Shown: positions 38,833 to 48,740 of the stretch, one piece after another
Position numbering within the stretch: the stretch's first letter is position 1
How the letters are laid out: every line of letters starts with the position of its first letter
From: Terriglobia bacterium
Lineage (GTDB): Bacteria > Acidobacteriota > Terriglobia > Bryobacterales > Bryobacteraceae
DNA: 64,000 nucleotides
Direction of reading: 5' to 3'
NCBI GenBank assembly: GCA_963768095.1
Contig: CAVYGT010000002.1
Coordinates: forward strand, 1,438,294 to 1,502,293
The notes under the pieces: model-generated
The model's database searches: none
Told to the model about the DNA's origin: nothing
The model's input: only the letters and a program-made list of their open reading frames with translations
Position numbers and translations under genes: made by a program

Positions 38833-40935
38833 ATGTATCTCAAGTTCCCAGTTTGCGCCCTAGCTCTATGCACGATGCCGATCGCCTTCGCCCAATGGCA
38901 CGCCAAGGACACCGAGTGGCCCAGCTACAACGCCGACCTCACCGGCTCGCGCTATCGCCCGCTCGATCAGATTAGCGCCTCCAACTTCAACAAGCTTGAA
39001 GTGGCGTGGCGCTTCAAGACCGACAGCATCGGCAACCGCCCGGAATACAAGCTGGAAGGCACTCCTCTCATGGTCAACGGCGTCCTGTATGCGACTGCGG
39101 GCTCCCGCCGCGCGGCAGTCGCGCTCGATGCGGCCACTGGTGAATTGCTTTGGGTCCACGGCGAGCATGAAGGCGAACGCGGCGCGTCCGCTCCCCGCCA
39201 GCTCTCCGGACGCGGCCTGGCCTACTGGTCCGACGGCAAGGAAGAGCGGATTTTCTACGTAACCCCGGGTTTCCGCCTGGTCGCCCTGGATGCCAAGACC
39301 GGCGCGCTCATCCCGTCCTTCGGAAAGAACGGCATGGTGGATCTGAAACTCGACGACGATCAAACCATCTCCGCGTGGAATGACAAAGGCGAATGGGTGC
39401 CCGATCTGGTGCACGGTGAAATCGGAATCCAGTCGGCTCCCGTAGTCGCGAAAGATACCATCCTGATCGGCGCGGCGTTCCGCGAAGGCATGACGCCCAA
39501 GAGCATGCGCAACAACAAAGGCTACGTGCGCGGCTTCGACGTTCGCACTGGAAAGCGCCTCTGGACCTTCCACACTATTCCGAAGAAGGGCGAGTTCGGC
39601 TACGACACCTGGCAGAACGGATCCGCCGAGTATACCGGCAACACTGGCGTATGGGCGCAGATCACCGTCGACGAACAGCTCGGCCTCGTATATCTTCCGG
39701 TGGAATCGCCCACCGGCGACTACTACGGCGGCCATCGTCCCGGCAACGATCTGTTCGGCGAGAGCCTGGTCTGCGTCGATCTGAAAACCGGCCAGCGCAA
39801 GTGGCATTACCAACTGGTCCATCACCCGCTGTGGGACATGGACATTTCTTCCGCGCCTTTGCTTGGCGACATCAATGTCAACGGCAAGGCCATCAAAGCG
39901 GTCGCGGTTCCAACCAAGCAAGGCTTTCTGTACGTCTTCGACCGCGTCACGGGACAGCCCGTCTGGCCCATCGAAGAGCGCCCGGTAGAAAAAGGCAACG
40001 TGCCGGGCGAGTGGTACGCCCCGACGCAGCCGTTCCCCACCAAGCCGCCGGCCTACGCCCGCAACGGCGTCACGCCCGACGTGCTGATCGATTTCACGCC
40101 TGCGCTCCACGATCAGGCCTTGACCAACGTAGCGAAGTTTAAGATTGGTCCGGTGTTCACGCCCCCGGTCGAAAGCAAGCTCGACGGGCCGTATTCGACG
40201 CTCACGCTCGGCACCGCCGCGGGCGGTACCAACTGGCCCGGCGGCTCCTACGATCCCGAAACTCACACGGTTTACGTGTTTGCGTGCAACGCCTGCCTGG
40301 TTCCGATCGGCGTGGTGGAATCGCCCAAGGAAGTTTCCGACATGAAGTATGTCATGGGAATGGCCGGGCAAAAGGTGCAGATCGCGCGCGGCCCGGGCGA
40401 GAACTCCGGCGCAGATTCTCCACGCACTCCTCGCGCATCGACCCCGCCTCCCGCGCCGCCGCCCGCCGCCAGCCCAGGCCCCAATATCTACAGTCTTCTG
40501 AGCGTGCGCGGCCTGCCGCTCATCAAGCCACCGTATGGAACCATCTCGGCCATCAATCTCGACCAAGGCGAAATTGTCTGGCAGGTCGCCCACGGCGACA
40601 CTCCCGACGGCATCCGCAACAATCCCGCGCTTAAGGGGCTCGACATTCCCAAGACCGGCCAGTCGGATTACAACGTCGGCACCCTGGTCACGAAAACTCT
40701 CGTGATCGCCGGCGACGGCCAAGTCACAACCACTGCCGCTCATCCACGCGGCGCGATGCTGCGCGCTTACGATAAGACCAACGGCCAGCAGGTCGGCGCG
40801 GTCTGGATGCCTGCGCCTCAGAGTGGATCGCCCATGACTTACATGCTGAATGGCAAGCAATACATCGTCGTGGCCATCAGCGGCGGCGCGTATTCGGGCG
40901 AATACGTCGCGTTCTCGCTTCCGTCGGCCGAGTAG
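38833..40935 (+). CDS. secreted PQQ-dependent dehydrogenase (8-bladed beta-propeller), paralog A1
   Basis: Signal peptide MYLKFPVCALALCTMPIAFAQ. Repeated A/D-x-D-x-x-T-G-x-x-x-W blade motifs: ALDAATGELLWVH, ALDAKTGAL, GFDVRTGKRLWTF, CVDLKTGQRKWHYQLVHHPLWDMD, FDRVTGQPVWPIEE, AINLDQGEIVWQ. A GGAG sits 7 nt upstream of the ATG at 38833. Confidence 0.85.
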   Translation: MYLKFPVCALALCTMPIAFAQWHAKDTEWPSYNADLTGSRYRPLDQISASNFNKLEVAWRFKTDSIGNRPEYKLEGTPLMVNGVLYATAGSRRAAVALDAATGELLWVHGEHEGERGASAPRQLSGRGLAYWSDGKEERIFYVTPGFRLVALDAKTGALIPSFGKNGMVDLKLDDDQTISAWNDKGEWVPDLVHGEIGIQSAPVVAKDTILIGAAFREGMTPKSMRNNKGYVRGFDVRTGKRLWTFHTIPKKGEFGYDTWQNGSAEYTGNTGVWAQITVDEQLGLVYLPVESPTGDYYGGHRPGNDLFGESLVCVDLKTGQRKWHYQLVHHPLWDMDISSAPLLGDINVNGKAIKAVAVPTKQGFLYVFDRVTGQPVWPIEERPVEKGNVPGEWYAPTQPFPTKPPAYARNGVTPDVLIDFTPALHDQALTNVAKFKIGPVFTPPVESKLDGPYSTLTLGTAAGGTNWPGGSYDPETHTVYVFACNACLVPIGVVESPKEVSDMKYVMGMAGQKVQIARGPGENSGADSPRTPRASTPPPAPPPAASPGPNIYSLLSVRGLPLIKPPYGTISAINLDQGEIVWQVAHGDTPDGIRNNPALKGLDIPKTGQSDYNVGTLVTKTLVIAGDGQVTTTAAHPRGAMLRAYDKTNGQQVGAVWMPAPQSGSPMTYMLNGKQYIVVAISGGAYSGEYVAFSLPSAE

Positions 40936-41010
40936 TCCGAGCGCCGCTCCAAGCGGCTTTGATTCGCGCTATCATCTCTCGCAGGCCAAAAGGCCACGAG
41001 GAGAGAGCGC

Positions 41011-43125
41011 ATGAATTCGACCGGCGCCCTGGCCGCAGTAACTGTTCTCGCGTGCTTCACGCCGCTAGCGTCCGCGCAGTGGCATCCAAAAGATACCGAA
41101 TGGTGGAGTTACAACGCCGATGTGACCGGTAGCCGCTACCGGCCGCTGGATCAAATCAACGCCTCCAACTTCAACCAGCTGGAAGTCGCCTGGCGCTTCA
41201 AGACCGACAGTATCGGAAATCGCCCGGAATACAAATTGGAAGGCACGCCCCTCATGGTCAACGGCGTGGTCTACGCGACAGCGGGCTCGCGCCGCGCCGC
41301 CGTTGCATTGGACGCGGCCACCGGCGAGTTGCTGTGGGTACATGGCGAGCATGAAGGCGAGCGGGGCGCCTCTGCTCCACGCGCTCTATCGGGCCGGGGC
41401 CTAGCCTATTGGTCAGACGGCAAGGAAGAGCGCATCATCTATGTCACCGGCGGCTACAGACTGGTGGCGCTTGATGCCAAGACCGGCTCGCTCATCCCGT
41501 CCTTCGGCAAAAACGGCATCGTCGATCTCAAGCTCGACGACGACCAAAACATCTCCGCCTGGAACGAGAAAGGCGAATGGGTACCCGATCTGGTGCACGG
41601 CGAGATCGGACTGCAATCGGCGCCGGTTGTCGCCAAAGACACCATCCTCGTCGGCGCAGCGTTCCGCGAGGGCATGACTCCCAAGAGCATGCGCAACAAC
41701 AAGGGCTATGTGCGCGGCTTCGACGTCCGCACCGGCAAGCGCCTGTGGACCTTCCACACCATCCCGATGAAAGGTGAGACCGGCTATGACACCTGGCTCA
41801 ATGGATCGGCCGAGTACACCGGAAACACCGGCGTGTGGAACCAAATCACCGTGGACGAACAACTCGGCCTCGCGTATCTGCCAGTGGAATCGCCCACCGG
41901 CGATCTCTACGGCGGCCACCGCCCCGGCAATAATCTGTTCGGCGAGAGCCTGGTCTGCGTGGATCTGAAGACCGGCAAACTCAAATGGTATTTCCAGATG
42001 GTCCACCATCCGCTGTGGGACATGGACGCCTCGGCCGCCCCGCTGCTGATGGACATCAACGTCGATGGCAAACCGATCAAAGCGGTCGCGCTACCGTCGA
42101 AACAGGCCTTGCTGTACGTATTTGATCGCGCCACGGGCAAACCCGTGTGGCCCATCGAGGAGCGCCCAGTCGAGAAGGGCGAAGTTCCCGGCGAGTGGTA
42201 TTCACCGACGCAGCCTTTCCCCACCAAGCCGCCCGCCTACGCACGCAACGGCTTCACGCCTGACGTTCTGGTTGACTTCACGCCCGCAATTCGCGATCAG
42301 GCGCTGACCCAGGCGTCGCGATACAAAATGGGTCCGGTCTTCACGCCGCCAGTCGTCAGCAATGCCGGTGGCCCTCTCAGCACATTGAATCTCGGCGGCC
42401 CGCTCGGTGGCACCAACTGGCCCGGCGGCTCATTCGATCCTGAAACGCATACCGTCTACGTCTACGCCTGCAATTCATGTATCTACCCGACCGGCCTGGT
42501 TCCCTCGCCGAAGGAAGTCTCGGATATGAGATACGTCTCCGGCAACGATGGCCAGCGAATCCAAATCGCCAGAGGACCAGGGGAAGCGGGTGGCGCCGAT
42601 CAGCCGATGGCTCAACGGCCTCCGACTCCGCCAGCTGGTGGCCGCGGCGGCGCACCCGCGGGGGGCGGCCTCGGCGTGCTCAGCGGCCTCACGGTACAGG
42701 GGCTGCCAATCGTCAAGCCGCCTTATGGAACGATCTCGGCCATAAATCTGGACCGGGGCGAGATCGTCTGGCAAACGCCCCACGGCGACACGCCGGACTC
42801 GGTCCGCAACAACCCCGCGCTGAAGGGCCTCAACATCCCGAAAACCGGCCAGTCCACCTACAATGTCGGGACACTCGTAACGAAGAGCCTGGTGATCGCC
42901 GGCGACGGGCAAATCACCACCACTCCAGAACATCCCCGCGGCGCCATGTTGCGGGCCTACGACAAATCCACCGGAAAAGAAGTCGGCGCAGTCTGGATGC
43001 CGGCGCCTCAGAGCGGCTCTCCCATGACCTATGCGCTCAACGGCAGGCAATACATCGTGGTCGCGGTCAGCGGCGGCAACTATTCGGGCGAGTACCTCGC
43101 CTTCAGTCTTCCATCCACGGATTAA
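41011..43125 (+). CDS. secreted PQQ-dependent dehydrogenase, paralog A2
   Basis: Has the same motif series as A1, with long identical peptide runs, and a signal peptide ..VLACFTPLASAQ. Confidence 0.85.
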   Translation: MNSTGALAAVTVLACFTPLASAQWHPKDTEWWSYNADVTGSRYRPLDQINASNFNQLEVAWRFKTDSIGNRPEYKLEGTPLMVNGVVYATAGSRRAAVALDAATGELLWVHGEHEGERGASAPRALSGRGLAYWSDGKEERIIYVTGGYRLVALDAKTGSLIPSFGKNGIVDLKLDDDQNISAWNEKGEWVPDLVHGEIGLQSAPVVAKDTILVGAAFREGMTPKSMRNNKGYVRGFDVRTGKRLWTFHTIPMKGETGYDTWLNGSAEYTGNTGVWNQITVDEQLGLAYLPVESPTGDLYGGHRPGNNLFGESLVCVDLKTGKLKWYFQMVHHPLWDMDASAAPLLMDINVDGKPIKAVALPSKQALLYVFDRATGKPVWPIEERPVEKGEVPGEWYSPTQPFPTKPPAYARNGFTPDVLVDFTPAIRDQALTQASRYKMGPVFTPPVVSNAGGPLSTLNLGGPLGGTNWPGGSFDPETHTVYVYACNSCIYPTGLVPSPKEVSDMRYVSGNDGQRIQIARGPGEAGGADQPMAQRPPTPPAGGRGGAPAGGGLGVLSGLTVQGLPIVKPPYGTISAINLDRGEIVWQTPHGDTPDSVRNNPALKGLNIPKTGQSTYNVGTLVTKSLVIAGDGQITTTPEHPRGAMLRAYDKSTGKEVGAVWMPAPQSGSPMTYALNGRQYIVVAVSGGNYSGEYLAFSLPSTD

Positions 43126-43288
43126 CGTGATCCACGGTAACCGCGGCCACACTTCTTACGCCCTTAGTCTGAATAGCGTTCAATTGCAGGCGTTCCCGGC
43201 CGTCTTACGGTCATAAGCAAGGACGCATTCATCTTTGATATAGTCGTCTATCCGGGTTTCGATCCGGCTCAATACGACGAGAGGTGAC

Positions 43289-43732
43289 ATGAACTTTAAG
43301 ATTTCAGCTCTGGCAATCATCGGCCTGGCCGCTTTGGGCGCGCTTTATTCTAATTTGCACGCTCAGTCGACGCGTTCGGTCTGGGATGGCGTGTACACTC
43401 AGGACCAAGCTAAACAGGGCCAGGCCGCTTACAACGAGAGTTGCTCGTCTTGCCACGGCGACACACTGATGGGTGGCGAATCGGCGCCGGCGCTGGCTGG
43501 CGGAGAGTTCCTTTCCAACTGGAACGGCCTGACACTGGGCGATTTGTTCGAAAGAATTCGTACTACCATGCCTCAAAACCGCCCCGGCAGCCTCAGCCGC
43601 GAGAAGAACACCTTGATCCTGGCCTACCTGTTGAGCGTCAGCCAGTTTCCGGCCGGTAAGACCGATCTTCCGCAGCAGACCGAGGTGCTCAAAGAGATTC
43701 GGATCGATGCTTCGAAGCCTGACAAAAAGTGA
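43289..43732 (+). CDS. secreted mono-haem cytochrome c, paralog 1
   Basis: Signal peptide, a single CSSCHGD haem site, and a conserved LSNWNGLTLGDLFERIRTTMP region with the probable axial Met. Confidence 0.85.
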   Translation: MNFKISALAIIGLAALGALYSNLHAQSTRSVWDGVYTQDQAKQGQAAYNESCSSCHGDTLMGGESAPALAGGEFLSNWNGLTLGDLFERIRTTMPQNRPGSLSREKNTLILAYLLSVSQFPAGKTDLPQQTEVLKEIRIDASKPDKK

Positions 43733-43768
43733 GAACCGCGGCCTGTCACAAATCGCAGCCCGCTTGGC

Positions 43769-44212
43769 ATGAAACTTAGAATCGCAACCCTGACGACCAT
43801 CGGCCTGGCGGCTTTCGGCGCCCTATTTTCCAATTTGCGCGCGGACGCCACGCGCTCGGTTTGGGATGGCGTCTATACAGAAGATCAAGCCAAGCAAGGT
43901 CAGCCCCTTTACAACGAGAATTGTTCATCGTGTCACGGCGACACACTCATCGGTCAGGACGTGGCTCCCGCGCTAGTGGGCGGTGAGTTTCTTTCCAACT
44001 GGGATGGCTTGACTTTAGGCGACTTATTCGAAAGAATCCGTACCACCATGCCGGCCAGCAAGCCTGGAAGCCTGGGCAAGGAAAAGAACGCCGCGATTCT
44101 GGCGTACATATTGAGCGTCAACCAGTTTCCGGCGGGGAAGATCGCGCTTCCGCAACAGAAAGAAGTTCTAGACGAAATTAAGATCAGTGCATCGAAACCA
44201 GAAAAGAAGTAG
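43769..44212 (+). CDS. secreted mono-haem cytochrome c, paralog 2
   Basis: 147 aa, collinear with paralog 1, with CSSCHGD and LSNWDGLTLGDLFERIRTTMP. Confidence 0.85.
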   Translation: MKLRIATLTTIGLAAFGALFSNLRADATRSVWDGVYTEDQAKQGQPLYNENCSSCHGDTLIGQDVAPALVGGEFLSNWDGLTLGDLFERIRTTMPASKPGSLGKEKNAAILAYILSVNQFPAGKIALPQQKEVLDEIKISASKPEKK

Positions 44213-44278
44213 CAAATCCGGCGGCGTGGCCTAGGTTGGTTCGCCTGCCGGTAACAGAACAAACTGAAGGAGTGAACC

Positions 44279-46432
44279 ATGCGTAGGAAAACGAGCAACG
44301 TTCTGCCGTTGACCGCTCTGTTCGCCGTGTTGGGGCTGACTTGGATTGCGATCAACGTATCGGGTCAAGGCGCGGGATACGTCCCTTCGACGGCCAAAGG
44401 CGACTGGCCCTATTACACCGCCGATCTGAAGGGCAGCAAGTATGTCCCGCTCGATCAGATCAATGCCTCTAACTTCAACAAGCTCGAAGTAGCTTGGCGT
44501 TTCAAGACCGATAACCTCGGCCCGCGCCCCGAGTACAAACTGGAAGGCACCCCACTGGCTATCAACGGTACGCTTTACACCACCGGTGGCACGCGCCGAT
44601 CCATCATCTCGATGGACGGTAAGACTGGCGAGGTGAATTGGACCTACAGCTTCCGTGAAGGCAATCGCGCCGCCATCGCCCCGCGTCAATTGTCCGGACG
44701 CGGCGTAGCATATTGGACCGATGGGCGCGGCGACGACCGCGTGGTGTTCGTCAGCACCGGCTATCGCCTGGTGGAACTGAACGCCCACACCGGCGCCGTA
44801 CTCACCACCTTCGGGGAGCACGGCATGGTGGACCTGAAAGTCGGCATGGTGAAGGGCGCCGGCGATCAGATCGATCTGGAAACGGGTGAAGCCGGGCTCC
44901 ACGCGACGCCGCTGGTTGTGAAGGACGTGGTTATCGTGGGCTCTTCCTTCAAGGAGGGCATGACGCCCGTTACGCACAACAACACCAAGGGCATGGTCCG
45001 CGCTTATGATGTCCACACCGGCAAACAATTGTGGGCCTTTAACACCATCCCACGCCCCGGCCAGTTCGGTAATGACACCTGGGAGAACGGCTCCTGGGCT
45101 CAGAATGGCAACACTGGCGTTTGGACCCAGATGACCGTGGACGAGGATCTCGGCCTGGTTTACCTGCCGGTGGAAGATCCCACCTCCGATTACTACGGCG
45201 GACACCGGCCTGGCAATGACCTGTTCGGCGACAGCCTGGTGTGCGTTGATCTGAAAACGGGCCAGCGCAAGTGGCACTACCAGATCGTGCATCATCCCAT
45301 CTGGGACTTCGATCTTTCCTCTGCCCCACTCCTGGTCGACATCAACGTCAATGGCCGTGCCATCAAAGCCGTTGCGCTGCCGACCAAGCAGGCTTGGCTG
45401 TACACCTTCGATCGCGTGACTGGTCAGCCGGTGTGGCCCATCGAGGAGAAGCCCGTGCAGCAGTCGGACGTGCCCGGCGAGAAAACTTCGCCCACGCAGC
45501 CCTTCCCGACCAAGCCGCCCAATTACGCCCGCAACTTCATCAAAGTTCCGGACGACCTCATCGACTTCACGCCTGAAATGCGCGCTCAGGCTAAAGACCT
45601 GCTGTCGCGCTATCGCGTTACGGACCGGCCGTTCAATCCGCCGCTGGTTGGCGATGAGAAGGGCCTGCTCGGCGCTATCAACGTCGGCAATGCCGGTGGT
45701 GGAACCAACTGGCCCGGCGCCGGTTTCGATCCGGAGACGCACATCGTTTACGCTCAGGCGGCCAACTCTTCGGCAGCGGGTCTTTCGCTCCGTAAACCGC
45801 CGCAGGGATTCTCCGACCTGAGCTATTTCTCCGGCCGCAACGATCAGCCTTTCCGCGAAGCGCTCGGACCGGGCTTCGGAACCGCTGCGGATTCCCCGCT
45901 CGCCAAGACCGTCGGCCGTCCGCAAACGCCTCCGCCCGCACCCGCTGCTGGACGTGGTGGACGCGGCGCCGCGGCCGCTGGTGGTGGCGGATTCGGCCTG
46001 AACGTGGACGGTCTGCCGATCATGAAACCGCCCTACGGCGTCATCTCGGCGATTGACCTCGACAAGGGCGACCTCAAGTGGCAAGTGCCCTACGGCGAGA
46101 CGCCCGACAACGTCCGCAGAATCCTCACTGAGAAAGGGATCAAGTTTGGCAATCTCGGACAAAACGGCAGCGTCGGATTGCTGGTCACTAAGACTCTGGT
46201 GATTCTCGGCGACAATCAAGTTACCAATCCGGGAACGCATCCGCGCGGGGCGATGCTGCGCGCCTACGACAAGCAAACCGGTAAAGAGGTCGGCGCGGTA
46301 TGGATGCCGGCTCCTCAGAGCGGCTCGCCGATGTCCTACCTGGCGGGCGGCAAGCAGTATATCGTGATCGCCGTTAGCGGCGGCGCATATTCGGGTGAGT
46401 ACCTGGCGTTCAGCCTGCCCGAAAACGAGTAA
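44279..46432 (+). CDS. secreted PQQ-dependent dehydrogenase, paralog B1
   Basis: Signal-anchor-like N-terminus. Blade motifs SMDGKTGEVNW, ELNAHTGAV, AYDVHTGKQLWAF, CVDLKTGQRKWHYQIVHHPIWDFD and FDRVTGQPVWPIEE. An AAGGAG lies upstream of the ATG. Confidence 0.85.
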   Translation: MRRKTSNVLPLTALFAVLGLTWIAINVSGQGAGYVPSTAKGDWPYYTADLKGSKYVPLDQINASNFNKLEVAWRFKTDNLGPRPEYKLEGTPLAINGTLYTTGGTRRSIISMDGKTGEVNWTYSFREGNRAAIAPRQLSGRGVAYWTDGRGDDRVVFVSTGYRLVELNAHTGAVLTTFGEHGMVDLKVGMVKGAGDQIDLETGEAGLHATPLVVKDVVIVGSSFKEGMTPVTHNNTKGMVRAYDVHTGKQLWAFNTIPRPGQFGNDTWENGSWAQNGNTGVWTQMTVDEDLGLVYLPVEDPTSDYYGGHRPGNDLFGDSLVCVDLKTGQRKWHYQIVHHPIWDFDLSSAPLLVDINVNGRAIKAVALPTKQAWLYTFDRVTGQPVWPIEEKPVQQSDVPGEKTSPTQPFPTKPPNYARNFIKVPDDLIDFTPEMRAQAKDLLSRYRVTDRPFNPPLVGDEKGLLGAINVGNAGGGTNWPGAGFDPETHIVYAQAANSSAAGLSLRKPPQGFSDLSYFSGRNDQPFREALGPGFGTAADSPLAKTVGRPQTPPPAPAAGRGGRGAAAAGGGGFGLNVDGLPIMKPPYGVISAIDLDKGDLKWQVPYGETPDNVRRILTEKGIKFGNLGQNGSVGLLVTKTLVILGDNQVTNPGTHPRGAMLRAYDKQTGKEVGAVWMPAPQSGSPMSYLAGGKQYIVIAVSGGAYSGEYLAFSLPENE

Positions 46433-46445
46433 GTATGTGGGTGCC

Positions 46446-46468
46446 GTGTCCCCACCCGATGGGGACAC
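46446..46468 (+). other. intra-cluster stem-loop between PQQ-DH B1 and B2
   Basis: GTGTCCCC ACCCGAT GGGGACAC forms an 8-bp stem with a 7-nt loop, 14 nt after the B1 stop. There is no strong U-tract (it is followed by AGATTTCTG). Confidence 0.5.
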
Positions 46469-46550
46469 AGATTTCTGATGTATGACCGGGCTGCTCAACG
46501 AATGTCTCGAGTGGCCCGGTTCAAGAAAAAGTTAGGGAGAAACCAACGAC

Positions 46551-48701
46551 ATGGATCGAAGCAAGACTAAGGGAAGGAAAGCCCTGTGGTTGACCGCATT
46601 GCCGGCTGCCGCAGGGTTGTTATGGATCACAGCAGGCGCATTGGGCCAAGGCGGTGGCTATTCGCCATCCACGAAGAAAGGCGACTGGCCCTATTACACC
46701 GCCGACGAAAAGGGCTCCAAGTATTCGCCGCTGGATCAAATCAATGCGTCGAATTTCAACAAGCTCGAACCAGCATGGCGCTTCAAGACCGACAACTTCG
46801 GCACGCGGCCCGAGTTCAAATTGGAAGGTACGCCGCTAGCGATTAACGGTGTTCTGTACACCACCGCCGGCACGCGCCGCGACGTAATCGCGCTGGATGG
46901 AAAAACCGGCGAACTGATGTGGTCGCACAGCATGCGCGAAGGAAATCGCGCCGCCATCGCGCCTCGCCAGCTCTCCGGCCGTGGCGTCGCGTTCTGGACG
47001 GATGGCCGAGGCGACGACCGCGTCATTTATGTCACCACCGGCTATCGTCTGGTTGAGCTGAATGCCAAGACCGGCCAGGAAATCAGCTCGTTCGGCAAAG
47101 ATGGCATGGTCGACCTCAAGGTCGGCATGGTCACCGGCACCGGCCAGCAGATCGATCTCGAAACCGGTGAGGCCGGCCTGCACTCCACGCCTCTGGTGGT
47201 GAAGGATGTCGTGATCGTCGGCTCCTCTTTCAAAGAAGGTATGACCGTCGTCACGCACAACAACACCAAGGGCATGGTCCGCGCCTATGATGTCCACACC
47301 GGTAAACAACTGTGGGCGTTCAACACCATTCCACGTAAGGGCGAGTTCGGTTACGATACCTGGGAAAACGGCTCCGCGGACGTGAACGGCAACACCGGCG
47401 TGTGGACCCAGATGACCGTGGACGAAGAACTCGGCCTCGTGTATCTCCCGGTTGAGTCTCCCACCTCCGACTATTACGGCGGCGAACGCCCGGGCAACAA
47501 CCTCTATGGCGAAAGCCTGGTCTGCGTGGATCTGAAGACCGGCCAACGCAAGTGGTACTTCCAGATTGTGCACCACCCGGTTTGGGACTACGATTTGTCG
47601 TCCGCTCCGATCCTGGCCGACATCAACGTCAACGGTCGAGCCGTCAAAGCCGTCGCGGTGCCGAGCAAAGAGGCCTTCCTCTATGTGTTCGATCGCGTGA
47701 CCGGCAAACCTATTTGGCCCATCGAAGAGCGGCCGGTGGCGCAATCCGACGTGCCTGGCGAAAAGACTTCAAAGACGCAGCCTTTCCCGACCAAGCCGCC
47801 GGCTTATGCCCGCAACTTCATCAAAGTTCCGGACGACTTGCTCGACTTCACGCCCGAGATGCGGGCACAGGCCAAGGACATCGTCTCGCGCTACCGCGTG
47901 GAAGGGATGTTCACGCCACCCGTGGTCGGCGATCCGAACGGCAAGTGGCTGGCCGGGTTGAACCTCGGCAACGCCAGCGGCGGCACCAACTGGCCCGGCG
48001 CCGGCTACGATCCGGAAACGCACATCGTGTACGCGCAGGCCAACCAGTCCGCCGTCACGCCGATTTCGCTGCGCACTCCGCCTGCCGGATTCAGCGACAT
48101 CCATTACGTTGCCGGGCGCAATGACCAGCAGTTCCGCGTCGCGGAAGGCCCTGGTTTCGGAAGCGCAGCCGATGCGCCTCAACAGAAGCGGGCGCCTGCA
48201 CCTCCGCCTGCGGCAGCACCAGCCGCCGGCCGTGGAGGCCGTGGTGGCGGTGGTGGCGGCGGCTTCGGCCTGAGCGTCGATGGCCTGTCCATCGTCAAAC
48301 CGCCCTACGGCGTGATCTCGGCCATCAATCTGGATCGAGGAGATCTGCAGTGGCAAGTGCCTTACGGCGAGACCGCCGACAACGTCCGCGACATCCTGAC
48401 TCAACGCGGCATCAAGTTCGACAACCTCGGTCAGGGCGGAAGCGTGGGCCTGCTGGTAACCAAAACGCTCGTCGTTCTCGGCGACACCTTGGTAACTTCC
48501 AAGACCCATCCCCGTGGCGCCATGCTGCGCGCTTACAACAAAGCCACCGGCAAGGAAGTTGGCGCTGTGTGGATGCCCGCGCCCCAAAGCGGATCGCCCA
48601 TGACCTATCAGGCCGGTGGCAAGCAGTACATCATCGTGTCTGTCAGCGGCGGCAATTACTCAGGCGAGTACATCGCCTACGCGCTGCCCGAAGCAGAATA
48701 A
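46551..48701 (+). CDS. secreted PQQ-dependent dehydrogenase, paralog B2
   Basis: Collinear with B1: ALDGKTGELMW, ELNAKTGQE, AYDVHTGKQLWAF, CVDLKTGQRKWYFQIVHHPVWDYD and FDRVTGKPIWPIEE. Confidence 0.85.
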   Translation: MDRSKTKGRKALWLTALPAAAGLLWITAGALGQGGGYSPSTKKGDWPYYTADEKGSKYSPLDQINASNFNKLEPAWRFKTDNFGTRPEFKLEGTPLAINGVLYTTAGTRRDVIALDGKTGELMWSHSMREGNRAAIAPRQLSGRGVAFWTDGRGDDRVIYVTTGYRLVELNAKTGQEISSFGKDGMVDLKVGMVTGTGQQIDLETGEAGLHSTPLVVKDVVIVGSSFKEGMTVVTHNNTKGMVRAYDVHTGKQLWAFNTIPRKGEFGYDTWENGSADVNGNTGVWTQMTVDEELGLVYLPVESPTSDYYGGERPGNNLYGESLVCVDLKTGQRKWYFQIVHHPVWDYDLSSAPILADINVNGRAVKAVAVPSKEAFLYVFDRVTGKPIWPIEERPVAQSDVPGEKTSKTQPFPTKPPAYARNFIKVPDDLLDFTPEMRAQAKDIVSRYRVEGMFTPPVVGDPNGKWLAGLNLGNASGGTNWPGAGYDPETHIVYAQANQSAVTPISLRTPPAGFSDIHYVAGRNDQQFRVAEGPGFGSAADAPQQKRAPAPPPAAAPAAGRGGRGGGGGGGFGLSVDGLSIVKPPYGVISAINLDRGDLQWQVPYGETADNVRDILTQRGIKFDNLGQGGSVGLLVTKTLVVLGDTLVTSKTHPRGAMLRAYNKATGKEVGAVWMPAPQSGSPMTYQAGGKQYIIVSVSGGNYSGEYIAYALPEAE

Positions 48702-48740
48702 TAAATCGCGCAGCGCAGCTGTTTTTTGATGTTTTTCGGA

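Noticed and set aside
38833-48701. The four near-duplicate PQQ-DH genes as a mobile or composite element.
   Set aside because: There are no transposase genes, terminal inverted repeats or direct repeats at the boundaries. The divergence pattern fits old and recent tandem gene duplication.
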